Shown: positions 29,146 through 39,303, numbered from the stretch's first letter. The stretch: 64,000 nt of DNA from Candidatus Bathyarchaeota archaeon (GCA_963706285.1 CAVPLU010000004.1:32001-96000), one strand, 5' to 3'. Translations and numbers: made by a program. Notes: generated by a model from the letters alone, not told the origin.

Positions 29146-30360
29146 ATGAAAGGCTTGCCGATCCTGCGAGCATTCGATGGAATCGGAAGAGACGCTAGGC
29201 TGTTGCTCACTTCATCGTTCATAGGGGGTGTATCCTACGCGTTTTATTTCCTGATACTGCCCTTCTACCTTATCTCGGCAGGGTACGATGCCACGTGGAT
29301 CGGTATTGCTAACGCGACCTTCGGCGTATCCATGACCCTATTCATAATTCCGGCAGGGATACTCGCGGACTCGTTCGGCCGTAGGAGATTCAATCTTTTC
29401 GGCTATGTGGTCATGAGTCTTGGAATGATTGTCGTGGCGCTGAGCCCTTCAGTTCCTGCGATCATCGGAGGAGCAGCTCTTTCAGGATTCGGCGGAGCAT
29501 TGACCTTCGCCTCCTCGGGGGCGCTCCTTGCGGGGTCAGTGCCCGAAAGGCGAATGACGACAATCTTCAGCTACTCCTATTTTCTGAGTGCATTCGCGTC
29601 GTCGCTGGGCTCTGCCGCAGGCTGGCTTCCCACTATCCTGACCGACCTCTCCGGCGCCAGCCGTTTGCTCGCTCTTCAAGGGACAATGGGAATCGGGGGA
29701 GTCATTACACTGTTAGGAGCCGTTCCGTTGCTGTTCGTACACGAGGCTCGGACTGAACAGAAGCGTGAGGCGAGGTTCAGTTTGAAATCTCGCGGGATCA
29801 TCGCCAAATTCATGATAGTCAATATCTTCATCGGATTCGGAGCCGGACTTACCATACCATTGTTCCCAGTGTATTTCTGGAAGAAATTTGGCGTTGACAG
29901 CGGCCCAATGGGAACGTTGCAGGCCGTGTCAAATCTTGTTGCTGCATTGGCATTCTTGGCAGCGCCGAAGGTAGCCTCACGGTTGGGAAGAGTACGAGGA
30001 ATAGTCATTACGACCGGGATCTCAGTCCCACTATTGGCTTTGATCCCGCTGGCTCCAAGTTTCCTACTCTCAACGCCTTTCTATGTCGCACGTCAAGCCA
30101 TGATCAACATGAATTCGCCGATTATCGATAGCCTCATCATGCGTTTGGTAGATGAGAAGGAGCGTGCCACTGCGGCTGGTGTCGCGCAGCTCTTCTGGAA
30201 CCTCCCCAACTCGTTTGGGCAGCCTGTTGGCGGGTACATGATCGACAAGATATGGATTGATGCGCCTCCGTTCTCCACGGCGGCGTTCTACGTTGTCTAT
30301 ACTACCATGTTCTGGGTGATGTTTAGGAACGTCAAGGACTCGCGGACTACTGAACTCTGA
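29146..30360 (+). CDS. MFS transporter
   Basis: Motif A GILADSFGRR; same subfamily as 23903..25150. Confidence 0.9.
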   Translation: MKGLPILRAFDGIGRDARLLLTSSFIGGVSYAFYFLILPFYLISAGYDATWIGIANATFGVSMTLFIIPAGILADSFGRRRFNLFGYVVMSLGMIVVALSPSVPAIIGGAALSGFGGALTFASSGALLAGSVPERRMTTIFSYSYFLSAFASSLGSAAGWLPTILTDLSGASRLLALQGTMGIGGVITLLGAVPLLFVHEARTEQKREARFSLKSRGIIAKFMIVNIFIGFGAGLTIPLFPVYFWKKFGVDSGPMGTLQAVSNLVAALAFLAAPKVASRLGRVRGIVITTGISVPLLALIPLAPSFLLSTPFYVARQAMINMNSPIIDSLIMRLVDEKERATAAGVAQLFWNLPNSFGQPVGGYMIDKIWIDAPPFSTAAFYVVYTTMFWVMFRNVKDSRTTEL

Positions 30361-31464
30361 CTAGGTAGCTCGCTTCAATGTTTCAGCCTGCAGGGTCTTC
30401 TGAAGAAGATCAAGTTCCTTCTCGGCTATCTGATTCTGCCAAGCCTCGAAGCAATCGATCTCGTAGAGAGTTTTGATGAGTCGAATGCTATTGTTCAGGT
30501 GTCCGATGATGTCGCCGGGCTCCTGGGAGACTCCGTTGAAAAGCTCACTTTGTCTAGCGGACCAATCACCAGGCTGATCTGAGCCCGGAACGAAATCATG
30601 AATGTATTCTTCGAGGCTGACTCTATCAATTGCACTCCCAATTCTTCGGATTGTGTGGGTCCTTTGCCAATGTGCTTCGTCGACCCCGTATAGGGGCATG
30701 TCATAGTTGTTGGTCGATAGGGCAGTAAGGTTACCCATCGCAAATGCAACCATCGAAATATCGTTTTGCTTCGCAATATGATTGAGAATCCCAAGGCCAT
30801 ATTCGGAAATGAAACCGTAGATGATCCATTTCTCAATCTTACATCCAGATTTCTGACAATGCTTCAGAGTAGCGTTGATGCTTACCTCTCCGGAACGTCC
30901 GCTTGCCACCGTATCCTGCATGACCAACACGATCTTCTTTCCCTTGGGGAACTCCGAAAACTCATGATGGACAATCTCAATCTCTCTCTGAACCATTCCG
31001 TCGTGGTCCCTGTAGGACCTGTACGTGTATCTCGGGCGAAGGTAGACTGTCCTGTATGATGCTACCAGAACCTCAGGAGCGATATCTTGAAGCTTGTATC
31101 CAGGAGCTGCTCGCAGGATCTGCTCGAAAACGATCTGAGAATCATCGTCCCTGCCGCCTACCTCGGACAGCTCCAAAATTGCAGGGAGTGCTTCAGCTGC
31201 AGCTTCACGCGATTTCTGCTCGAGCGATTCGCCGACCAGATGCGGATAGCAAGCAATCTCACGCGCCATCGGTGTATCAATAATGAATGCGGGAAATTCC
31301 AGCCGGTCAATTCTGAAGATCCTTGTTCTACTACCGAGTTTGGCTTTCTTGGTCTTCACGAGTTTCGTCGAGTCGGTGTCGATCTTGTACTCTTGAATCA
31401 TCCGGTCAATAGTCCCACGGGTTGGCTCCATCATGCTGCATACCCAAATGCACTGGCTGGACAA
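30361..31464 (-). CDS. Divergent type I phosphoribosyltransferase (UPRTase-like)
   Basis: QILRAAPG, PRPP loop VLVMQDTVASGRS, and C-terminal PGDWSAR resemble UPRTase ILRAG / DPMLATGGS / GDAGDR. Confidence 0.6.
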   Translation of the reverse strand: MSSQCIWVCSMMEPTRGTIDRMIQEYKIDTDSTKLVKTKKAKLGSRTRIFRIDRLEFPAFIIDTPMAREIACYPHLVGESLEQKSREAAAEALPAILELSEVGGRDDDSQIVFEQILRAAPGYKLQDIAPEVLVASYRTVYLRPRYTYRSYRDHDGMVQREIEIVHHEFSEFPKGKKIVLVMQDTVASGRSGEVSINATLKHCQKSGCKIEKWIIYGFISEYGLGILNHIAKQNDISMVAFAMGNLTALSTNNYDMPLYGVDEAHWQRTHTIRRIGSAIDRVSLEEYIHDFVPGSDQPGDWSARQSELFNGVSQEPGDIIGHLNNSIRLIKTLYEIDCFEAWQNQIAEKELDLLQKTLQAETLKRAT

Positions 31465-31481
31465 TCGTGTGAATGATCTGA

Positions 31482-31856
31482 ATGTGTGTCTTTCGGCTCC
31501 GATTAGTAGCAGTGTCTATTCGAGGTTCTGAGAAACACTATAATATGGATCCCTTCTACGTGACGAACCGAAACCCGATTCAAGACGTGAGACACATGAG
31601 CATGCCTGAAGAAGAGATCGTCAAACGTGCATTGGATGAACTTCACCTGAGAGTATCAGAATCCGCCAAGGGTGAACTTGTGCCTCCCTGTGAAGCCGCT
31701 GCCAAACGGGAACAATGTTGTAACCCTCAAGTGCACTCAGGGATCAACCTCATACGAGGTCGAAATAGAGCTCACGAAGAGAGGAAAGTTCGTAGACCTC
31801 CGAACGAAATGACGAACGTCGATTCTATCTTGTGCGTCGCACAGTCCTTAGCGTGA
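31482..31856 (+). CDS. Hypothetical protein (start possibly near 31596)
   Basis: Only ORF filling the gap; no recognisable motif. Confidence 0.3.
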   Translation: MCVFRLRLVAVSIRGSEKHYNMDPFYVTNRNPIQDVRHMSMPEEEIVKRALDELHLRVSESAKGELVPPCEAAAKREQCCNPQVHSGINLIRGRNRAHEERKVRRPPNEMTNVDSILCVAQSLA

Positions 31857-31897
31857 ACGTTGCGCCTTCAGCAAGATCCTACTGTATGATCTTGGTC

Positions 31898-32884
31898 TCA
31901 AGAATTGCGAGGGAAACAGGCGGCGTAGTGGTGCGGTTCGATCTCTTCTAGCTGTGGCTCGCGGTCCGTGCAGATCTTTTGCGCGTAAGGACATCTGGGG
32001 TGGTATCTACAACCCGTTGGCGGGTTGATTGGGCTGGGGATCTCGCCTTTTGGAATGATACGCTTCAGCTTTGCTTTGGGGTCTGGCACGGGTATTGAGG
32101 ACAGTAAAGCCAATGTGTAAGGATGTATAGGGCGACCAAACACGTCCTCTTTCGAGCCTATCTCCACGATCTTGCCTAGGTACATTATCGCGATCGTGTG
32201 GCAGACATAGTTGGCCATCGCAAGATCATGAGTTATGAAGAGGTAGGTTAGATCGAACTCTTTCTTCAATTCGAGCATCAATTCGAGTATCTGAGCTCTA
32301 ACTGAAACGTCAACCATTGCGATGGGCTCGTCGGCCACCACGAATTTGGGATTCAGCACCAGTGCTCTTGCAATTACTACCCGCTGTCTTTGTCCTCCGC
32401 TAAGCTGGTGGGGATAACGGTTGCAGAAGTTGCTCCAAGGTTTCAAGCCAACCCGTTCCATTATCGCTCGCGTTCTCTCAATCTGCTCACTCGGAGTTCC
32501 CACTCCCTGAAACGACAAAGCATGCCTTATCGCGTCACCCACGTTGATGCGTGGGCTCAGTGACGCCATAGAATCTTGGAAGATCAACTGCATATTCTTC
32601 CGGAAACTGCGCAGTTCTTCACCGTGGAGCGTGACAAGATCTACTCCGTTGAAGACGATACTGCCGGATGTGGGCTCTGTCAGCTTGAGGCAGAGTCGTC
32701 CAGTCGTGCTCTTTCCGCTGCCGCTCTCGCCTACTAGTCCAAGAATGTCTCCGCGATTCACTGAGAATGATATGTCGTCTACGGCGTGAACGTAACTCTT
32801 CTGTGAAGTCAACAGCCTATCTAGGAAGCCCTTCTCAACAGGATAATACTTCTTCAGATTCGTTACGGTGAGCAGGCGATCCAT
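31898..32884 (-). CDS. oppF: Oligopeptide ABC transporter ATP-binding protein (OppF/DppF)
   Basis: GESGSGKST, LSGGQRQR, HPYT and GCRYHPRC motifs. Confidence 0.93.
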   Translation of the reverse strand: MDRLLTVTNLKKYYPVEKGFLDRLLTSQKSYVHAVDDISFSVNRGDILGLVGESGSGKSTTGRLCLKLTEPTSGSIVFNGVDLVTLHGEELRSFRKNMQLIFQDSMASLSPRINVGDAIRHALSFQGVGTPSEQIERTRAIMERVGLKPWSNFCNRYPHQLSGGQRQRVVIARALVLNPKFVVADEPIAMVDVSVRAQILELMLELKKEFDLTYLFITHDLAMANYVCHTIAIMYLGKIVEIGSKEDVFGRPIHPYTLALLSSIPVPDPKAKLKRIIPKGEIPSPINPPTGCRYHPRCPYAQKICTDREPQLEEIEPHHYAACFPRNS

Positions 32885-32890
32885 TGCATC

Positions 32891-33850
32891 TTACCTCTTG
32901 TCGTAAAGGTGGCAGGCAACCTGTGAACCATTGTGGATCTTGAGCAGCGGTTCCTCTCTTGTGCAACGATCGAAAGCGTGTGGGCACCGTGGGTGGTAGA
33001 GACATCCTGGCGGGGGTTCTGCTAGGTCGGGTGGCGCACCAGGAATCCAAGAGAGCACTTGTCCCTTCTTGGTGATATTTGGCACAGAGTTCAGGAGTGC
33101 TTGTGTGTATGGGTGCAATGGTTTCTCGAACAAGTCATTGGTCTCGCCGACTTCGGCAAGTTTTCCAGCGTACATCACGGCAACACGATCTGCAGTCTCT
33201 GCCACAATGCCGATATTGTGTGTGATCAGAATCAATGTGAGTCCTAGGCTTTCTTTGAGTTCTTTGAGAAGTTCAATAATTTGAGCTTCAACTATCACGT
33301 CAAGGGATGTTGTTGGTTCGTCCGCGATCAGCAAATCTGGTCCTAGGACCAAGGCCAATCCGATCATGACTCTTTGTCTCATTCCACCGCTGAATTGATG
33401 AGGGAAGTCATCAATTCTTTCGAGGTTTATGCCGAGGCGCTCAAGCGTCTCTTTTCCTCGATTCAATGCATCACTCTTGCTGACTTCAGGTTCGTGTGTG
33501 TGGATCATTTCTACGAAGTGATCGCCAATTCTCTTGACAGGATTCAGAGACGTCATGGGGTCTTGGAAGATGTATCCGATTCGTTTTCCTCTTATCTTAC
33601 GTATTTCTTCGTTTGAGCAGTTTACGACGTCAATTCCGTCAAGAGTTATTTGTCCGCCGACAATCCTGCCAGGTTGAGGAACGAGACGCAAAGTCGAAAG
33701 GCCAAGCGTGGATTTTCCGCATCCTGACTCCCCAACCAAGCCGAGTGTGTGGCCTTTTTGCATCTCCAAAGAGACTCGGTCGACCGCTTTCACGTTTCCT
33801 CTCAGAGTGTGATACTCTACGACCAATGACTCGATGTTAAGCAGAGACAT
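32891..33850 (-). CDS. oppD: Oligopeptide ABC transporter ATP-binding protein (OppD/DppD)
   Basis: GESGCGKST, FQDPMTSLNP and FSGGMRQR motifs. Confidence 0.93.
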   Translation of the reverse strand: MSLLNIESLVVEYHTLRGNVKAVDRVSLEMQKGHTLGLVGESGCGKSTLGLSTLRLVPQPGRIVGGQITLDGIDVVNCSNEEIRKIRGKRIGYIFQDPMTSLNPVKRIGDHFVEMIHTHEPEVSKSDALNRGKETLERLGINLERIDDFPHQFSGGMRQRVMIGLALVLGPDLLIADEPTTSLDVIVEAQIIELLKELKESLGLTLILITHNIGIVAETADRVAVMYAGKLAEVGETNDLFEKPLHPYTQALLNSVPNITKKGQVLSWIPGAPPDLAEPPPGCLYHPRCPHAFDRCTREEPLLKIHNGSQVACHLYDKR

Positions 33851-33859
33851 GTCGTCGAT

Positions 33860-34753
33860 TCACCTTTGGAGGCGCGGGTTGTATAGTTCGCTCAGGCCTT
33901 CACCTATCAATGTGAATCCTAACGCGAGCAAAACGACCATAATGCCTGGGAACGTTATGACCCACCATGCCCCGCTAGTTAGGAGTCTCCTGCCGTAAGT
34001 CAAGTCCCAACCCCAGTCGGGAGTGGAGACAGGCAAGCCTAAGCCTACGAAGGTGAGGCCGGCGGCTGTGAGAATCGCGTCGGCGAAGTTGATCGTTGCA
34101 ATAGCTACGATCGACGGAATGACATTAGGAAGAATGTATCTGAATAGGGTGGTTCTTCCATTAGCGCCCATCATGCGTGCAGCTTCTACATACGGGAGTT
34201 CCTTGATTGAGAGGACTTGGCTACGGATTATTCTGTAGTAGGATGGAACGTAGACGACTGCAATCGAAAGAGCCATGTTGATGACTCCAGGCCCAAGCAT
34301 GGCCGCGATTGCTATGGCAAGCACTAGGCCCGGGAACGCGTAGATACTGTCCATCACCAATGATGTGAGCTTGTCTGCGTATCCTCCAGTGTATGAGGCA
34401 AAGAGACCGATTGGAACTCCTATGATCAGGCAGACGATGACGGATAATACTGCCACTTGAAACATTATGGTTCCACCGGATATGACTCTGCTGAGCATGT
34501 CTTGGCCAAGATGATTCGTGCCTAGCGGAAACTGATATGATGGCGGCGAGAGTAGAGGTCCGACGTTGATCGCGATCGGATTGTGAGGAGATATCAGGGG
34601 TGAGAATATTGTCATTATCGCGAGCGCCACAACTATCACTGTGCCCGCGATTATGGCCCATCCAGCCAGTCCACTCTGTTCGAGTGAAACAATCCTTTGT
34701 ATGAGGAGAACTAGCATTCTTCCACGCGTTTGGTCGTCGCTCAAGTTTTTCAC
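33860..34753 (-). CDS. oppC: Oligopeptide ABC transporter permease (OppC/DppC)
   Basis: LGTNHLGQDMLSR, YVEAARMMGA and PDWG motifs. Confidence 0.93.
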   Translation of the reverse strand: MKNLSDDQTRGRMLVLLIQRIVSLEQSGLAGWAIIAGTVIVVALAIMTIFSPLISPHNPIAINVGPLLSPPSYQFPLGTNHLGQDMLSRVISGGTIMFQVAVLSVIVCLIIGVPIGLFASYTGGYADKLTSLVMDSIYAFPGLVLAIAIAAMLGPGVINMALSIAVVYVPSYYRIIRSQVLSIKELPYVEAARMMGANGRTTLFRYILPNVIPSIVAIATINFADAILTAAGLTFVGLGLPVSTPDWGWDLTYGRRLLTSGAWWVITFPGIMVVLLALGFTLIGEGLSELYNPRLQR

Positions 34754-35785
34754 CTAGAGCCTAATTCGAGGATCCAAATACGCGTACAGCATGTCGACTA
34801 CCAAGCTTACAGCTGTGACGAGGAGGCCAAAGAACACTACAACTCCTTGAATTGCGGTGTAGTCCCTGAAACTGATCCTATCAACCAGATACCTGCCAAG
34901 CCCAGGCCACGAGAAGGTGGTTTCAGTCAAGATTGCACCGGCAAGCAGCGCGGCGAATTGCAGCCCCATCATTGTAAGGATGGGGAGGAATGCGTTTCGC
35001 AGCGCGTATCCATAAACAACGGTTCGTTCCTTGAGCCCTCTTGCTCTAGCCGCTGTGATGAAATCGAGTTGCAGTGTCTCCAGCATGTTACTCCTTGTCA
35101 GCCTAATGAAAATCCCACAGAGAACAAGCCCGAGCGCTATTGAAGGGAGAATGAGATAACGTATTGACAAGTACAGTTTCTGCATGTCGCCCTCTAGCAG
35201 ACTGTCCAGCACATACAGCCCCGTGGCATAGTGTTGTCCGCTGATCAATAGGCCGGCAGGCGATATACCGGGATACATTCGTCCGCCAGCCGGGAGCCAG
35301 CGCAAATAGATCCCGAAGATCATGATAAGAACCTCGCCAAGAAAGAACACCGGTATCGCGTAAGATGTGATGCCGAAAATTCGTATCGAGTGGTCTTTCG
35401 TCGTATTGTACGAGCGAGCCGCGGTCGCGCCCAGAAATACACCTAGCACCACCATGATGATGGTCGATGCTATCGCAAGTTCAAGCGTCGCAGGAAACGC
35501 CGAGAAAATCTGCTGGGATACAGGAGAAAAATCCTGCATTGATATACCAAAATCTCCTCGAACCAGTGCAGCGAGGTAGTCGAAATATTGCACGATAAGA
35601 GGTCTGTCAAGCCCCAATCGCTGCTTGAACACGAGTAGAGTTGCTGGAGTAACGTTCTTCTCAAAATGAAGAGATGCCGGATCTCCCGGCAGCACTCTGA
35701 TGATCAAAAAGACAAAGGTGAGTAGTAGCATGATCATCGGAATGGTCAGCAGAATCCTTGCGATGATGTAGGACCTGAGACTCAT
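34754..35785 (-). CDS. oppB: Oligopeptide ABC transporter permease (OppB/DppB)
   Basis: LPGDPA, GLDRPLIVQY, FITAARARGL, ETTFSWPGLG and YLDPRIR motifs. Confidence 0.93.
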   Translation of the reverse strand: MSLRSYIIARILLTIPMIMLLLTFVFLIIRVLPGDPASLHFEKNVTPATLLVFKQRLGLDRPLIVQYFDYLAALVRGDFGISMQDFSPVSQQIFSAFPATLELAIASTIIMVVLGVFLGATAARSYNTTKDHSIRIFGITSYAIPVFFLGEVLIMIFGIYLRWLPAGGRMYPGISPAGLLISGQHYATGLYVLDSLLEGDMQKLYLSIRYLILPSIALGLVLCGIFIRLTRSNMLETLQLDFITAARARGLKERTVVYGYALRNAFLPILTMMGLQFAALLAGAILTETTFSWPGLGRYLVDRISFRDYTAIQGVVVFFGLLVTAVSLVVDMLYAYLDPRIRL

Positions 35786-35884
35786 GACGATTCGAGGGAG
35801 TGTGGGCGATAGATAAGAATTGCCTGAATTGCAGCCACTAGAATTCGGGTCTTTGAAGAAACAGAGCCTCACGTGGTGGCTCTG

Positions 35885-35909
35885 AATAAAGAAAAAAAGA
35901 AAAGAGAAG
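35885..35909 (-). terminator. U-rich archaeal terminator-like tract downstream of oppA
   Basis: Minus strand reads CTTCTCTTTTCTTTTTTTCTTTATT shortly after the SBP stop codon. Confidence 0.55.
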
Positions 35910-35931
35910 TTTGTGTCGGGGTAGCAGAGGC

Positions 35932-37683
35932 CTATGTCTTTCGCTTGCGCAGCATAATCACAGCGCCGACGATTGCAAGGATGATGCCAACTCCGATTGC
36001 TCCGAGGGCCAATTGGATAGTTGCCGCTGGTGTTGCTCCAGTGTAGCCAAGCCCCGTAAGCGTAGAAGTGACAAGTGCCATGTTCGCGTCTCCGAGTGTC
36101 TTGTAAGCATCTTGGTGGAACGCCATTCCGTTAGGTATCATGCTGTATAGAGGCACTGCTTGTCCTAGGAAGACCGTGTCCACTACCTCTTGTCTGTTGA
36201 GTGCTGCCGCAATCGCCTGTCTGACTTCGGGTTTGTCGAATGGTGGAGTTCGTTCTTGGAAGCATATGTATTGGATGAAGGCGCCTGTGCCTTCCCAGAC
36301 CTTCAACGTTGAGTCTGACTGCATGTTCTTGATATCGCTTGAAGCTAGTTGTCTGAAGGCCATGTCAATATCGCCGGACTTTACCGCGAGGGCTAGTGCA
36401 GTCGAATCGCTGTAGAACTTGATGATGATGTGTTTGGATTTTACGTCCGCCGCGCTAAAGTAGCTCGGGTTTGCGTCGAGTTTCATCTCGTAGTCCTTTC
36501 CACCCTTTCGCGTCCAATCTGTCAACAGGTAAGGTCCTAGATCGTTGGGGTTGCTTGCGCGAGCGTTTCCGTCAGTGTACTGGACGGCTGTGCCTGGTGT
36601 GTTAGGGGCGTACTTCGGGTTCACGATATACGATCCAGAGAACGCCATCAGTGCTAGGAATGGTGAGAATTGATTCTTCAATGTGAAGACTGCTTGGTAC
36701 TTTGAGGCTGCCGTCACGCTTTTGATGATGTCTCCGTAGCCGAGTCCTACTTGTGGGCCGTCAGGCATTGCCAGTCCGATGTTTCTGTCGAAACTGTACT
36801 TGACCGCGTCCGCAGTGAACTCAGTTCCGTCAGAGAACTTTACGCCCTGTCTTAGGTCGAAGGTGTAGGTCAAGCCGTCAGAGCTAACCGACCACTTGGT
36901 CGCCAGCGCTGGCATGAAATCATTGGGGCCTGCAGCCGATCCAGGCTTGATATAAACGAGTGGAGCACCGAGGTTCACGATCATCTCGGATCCTCCGAAG
37001 AAGTCCCAAACCTCTGCTGGGTCAAGACTAGTTTCGACCGAGTCGGTTGTTCCCACAATCAGCGTATCCTTACCCGAAGGTGGACTGATGAGCCAGTAGT
37101 ACATGTTCTGGGTGATGTCTAGGTTCACGCCTGTAACGCCTGGTTTAGTCACAGCCCATGCTGAGCCTTGGAAGACGGGAACGATCGGTGCATCCTGCAC
37201 CATTATGGTTTGGATTTGAGAATAGAGTTGACCTCTCTGGGTTGCGTCAGAGGTTGACCGTGCTTGGGCAATGAGTTTGTCCATGTCTGGGTTGCTGTAT
37301 CCTGTTCCAAGCCAGCCACCGCCGACTGTGTCAAGGAATGGTTGGATATAGTCGTCGGGATCGAGGTAGTCAGGGTACCAACCATAAACATAGACTGGCA
37401 TACTGTGTGCGTCTCTGTTCGTCTTGTAACTTGCCCAGTCAGCGCCATGGAGGTTCACTGTTATCAGTCCTGTCTTCTCCATTTGTGACTTGTAGACTGC
37501 TGCTTGGTCCGCGCTTTGCGGGTAGTGTCCTGAAGATTCATACCACCAATCAATCGTGAGCTTCGGTGGGGGAAGCGTGTAGTAGTACGCTCCCACGCCA
37601 AGACTGGCGAGGCCAAGGAGCATTACGATGATTCCGATGCCTTGCATTCGCGCTATTGCTTTCTTGTTTAGTCCAAAAGTCAT
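35932..37683 (-). CDS. oppA: Family 5 (OppA/DppA) substrate-binding protein, circularly permuted, with N- and C-terminal membrane anchors
   Basis: Family-5 signature PALATKWSVSSDGLTYTFDLRQGVKFSDG lies mid-protein; the normally C-terminal GWYPDYLDP..YSNPDMDKLI..DAPIVP segment precedes it. Confidence 0.9.
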   Translation of the reverse strand: MTFGLNKKAIARMQGIGIIVMLLGLASLGVGAYYYTLPPPKLTIDWWYESSGHYPQSADQAAVYKSQMEKTGLITVNLHGADWASYKTNRDAHSMPVYVYGWYPDYLDPDDYIQPFLDTVGGGWLGTGYSNPDMDKLIAQARSTSDATQRGQLYSQIQTIMVQDAPIVPVFQGSAWAVTKPGVTGVNLDITQNMYYWLISPPSGKDTLIVGTTDSVETSLDPAEVWDFFGGSEMIVNLGAPLVYIKPGSAAGPNDFMPALATKWSVSSDGLTYTFDLRQGVKFSDGTEFTADAVKYSFDRNIGLAMPDGPQVGLGYGDIIKSVTAASKYQAVFTLKNQFSPFLALMAFSGSYIVNPKYAPNTPGTAVQYTDGNARASNPNDLGPYLLTDWTRKGGKDYEMKLDANPSYFSAADVKSKHIIIKFYSDSTALALAVKSGDIDMAFRQLASSDIKNMQSDSTLKVWEGTGAFIQYICFQERTPPFDKPEVRQAIAAALNRQEVVDTVFLGQAVPLYSMIPNGMAFHQDAYKTLGDANMALVTSTLTGLGYTGATPAATIQLALGAIGVGIILAIVGAVIMLRKRKT

Positions 37684-38043
37684 ATAATTTTCCCTTAAGA
37701 AGACAGGTATTGCCTCGCGTGCGGATATAAGTCTAGGCCGCTAAATCGCGCTGGACGCCTGCTTGCAGCTCAATTGAAGGTAACGATTTGCACAAGTCTC
37801 GGTTTCTTCTAGGTTGTTCGAATCATTCAAGAAGCTGAGAATTGAGGCAGTGAAGGTTAGGTGGCTGTAATCGTCCCCAAAGACAGCGAAAGGGCTTCCT
37901 TCAGCCTCTTCTTTGAGTTTTCTTCGAATTTCTCGTATGAAATTAGCCCAAATGCCGGTTCATCGTTGGGGAAAACGATAGAAGCGGCGAGATGATCAGC
38001 AGAGTGAGTATCAGAACATCGGTACGGCGTGAGATAGTCAACT

Positions 38044-39303
38044 TTGTTGCGAGTATTCAATACGCTCACAATGCGCAAAGATGAGTTACCCGATCCGAAT
38101 GGGCAAGAAATCAAGGGATTTGTTTGTGGGCCCACTGTCTATGACTACGCACACCTTGGCCATGCTAGAACATACCTCGCTGTTGACATGATTGTCAAGT
38201 ACCTCCGCTTCAGAGGGTATCACCCATATTTTCTGATGAACATCACAGACATCGATGAAGGGATAATCAAGAAATCGGGTGAGACAGGCAGAAGCGTCAA
38301 GGAGGTTGCACGTGGTTTCGAAGAATATTTTCTAGAAGATATGAGGGCTCTAGGTATCGGGACTATCGAGAAATTCGAACGAGCCTCAGACCACATCCCC
38401 GACATAATACAACAGATTCAACAATTGATCTCAACCGGCTACGCCTATGAGACAAAGACCGGCGTTTACTTTGATGTTTCAAAGCTTGCAACCTACGGGC
38501 AGCTGTCGCGTCAAAGCAAATCGGATCTGAAACTCCGGCGACTCGAACTCTGCTCAACGAAACATCATCCAGAGGACTTTTCGCTTTGGAGGAAGTTCGA
38601 AGGAAGACCTCTATGGGATTCTCCATGGAGTCGTGGACGACCAGGATGGCACATAGAAGATACAGCGATCGCCATGAAGTATCTTGGCCCAACATACGAT
38701 ATCCATGTGGGCGGTGCCGAACTCGTCTTTCCGCACCACGAAGCTGAGATAGCTCAAGGCGAAGCGTTGAGCAAGAAAAAACCCTACGTCAAGTATTGGA
38801 TCCACACGGGAATGCTCAACGTCGGCGGCGTCAAGATGAGCAAATCGCTAGGAAACGTGGTGACGATTAGAGACGCCCTTGCAGACCACACTCCAGAGGA
38901 GCTAAGGATCTTCTTTGCGAGCACCCACTATCGACGCGTCACGAACTTCTGCAAGAGCAAACTCCTCGAAACCAAGAGAGAGCTTGAATTCATGCGAGAA
39001 ACCATAAACAAGCTTAGCGTCTCTTGCTCCGGGAAAGCTGCTAGCAAATCAGAAATGCACCTACTTGGAGATCTCTCGCGGGCTGAAGCTAATTTCAAGG
39101 CCGCCATGGATGATGATTTCGACACTCCAAAGGCTCTGAGAGTTCTATCCAAGTTCCTGCGAAACGCAAGGAGCCAGGTGAGAACCCACAAAGAATTGGA
39201 GACAGTTGCCTGCCAAGTCGTCGTGAAGAGGGTGCTTGCTATGGCCAACGTTTTCGGAGTGCTGGCATCTAGTACAGCCAAGCCCTCAACGGTTTCCGAA
39301 TGA
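38044..39303 (+). CDS. cysS: Cysteine--tRNA ligase
   Basis: CGPTVYD, HLGH, FPHHE and KMSKS motifs; GWHIEDT variant of GWHIECS. Confidence 0.95.
   Translation: MLRVFNTLTMRKDELPDPNGQEIKGFVCGPTVYDYAHLGHARTYLAVDMIVKYLRFRGYHPYFLMNITDIDEGIIKKSGETGRSVKEVARGFEEYFLEDMRALGIGTIEKFERASDHIPDIIQQIQQLISTGYAYETKTGVYFDVSKLATYGQLSRQSKSDLKLRRLELCSTKHHPEDFSLWRKFEGRPLWDSPWSRGRPGWHIEDTAIAMKYLGPTYDIHVGGAELVFPHHEAEIAQGEALSKKKPYVKYWIHTGMLNVGGVKMSKSLGNVVTIRDALADHTPEELRIFFASTHYRRVTNFCKSKLLETKRELEFMRETINKLSVSCSGKAASKSEMHLLGDLSRAEANFKAAMDDDFDTPKALRVLSKFLRNARSQVRTHKELETVACQVVVKRVLAMANVFGVLASSTAKPSTVSE

Noticed and set aside
37857-38135. Minus-strand ORF between oppA and cysS
   Set aside because: It overlaps the cysS start antisense and has no recognisable motif; a short real peptide cannot be excluded but is unsupported.
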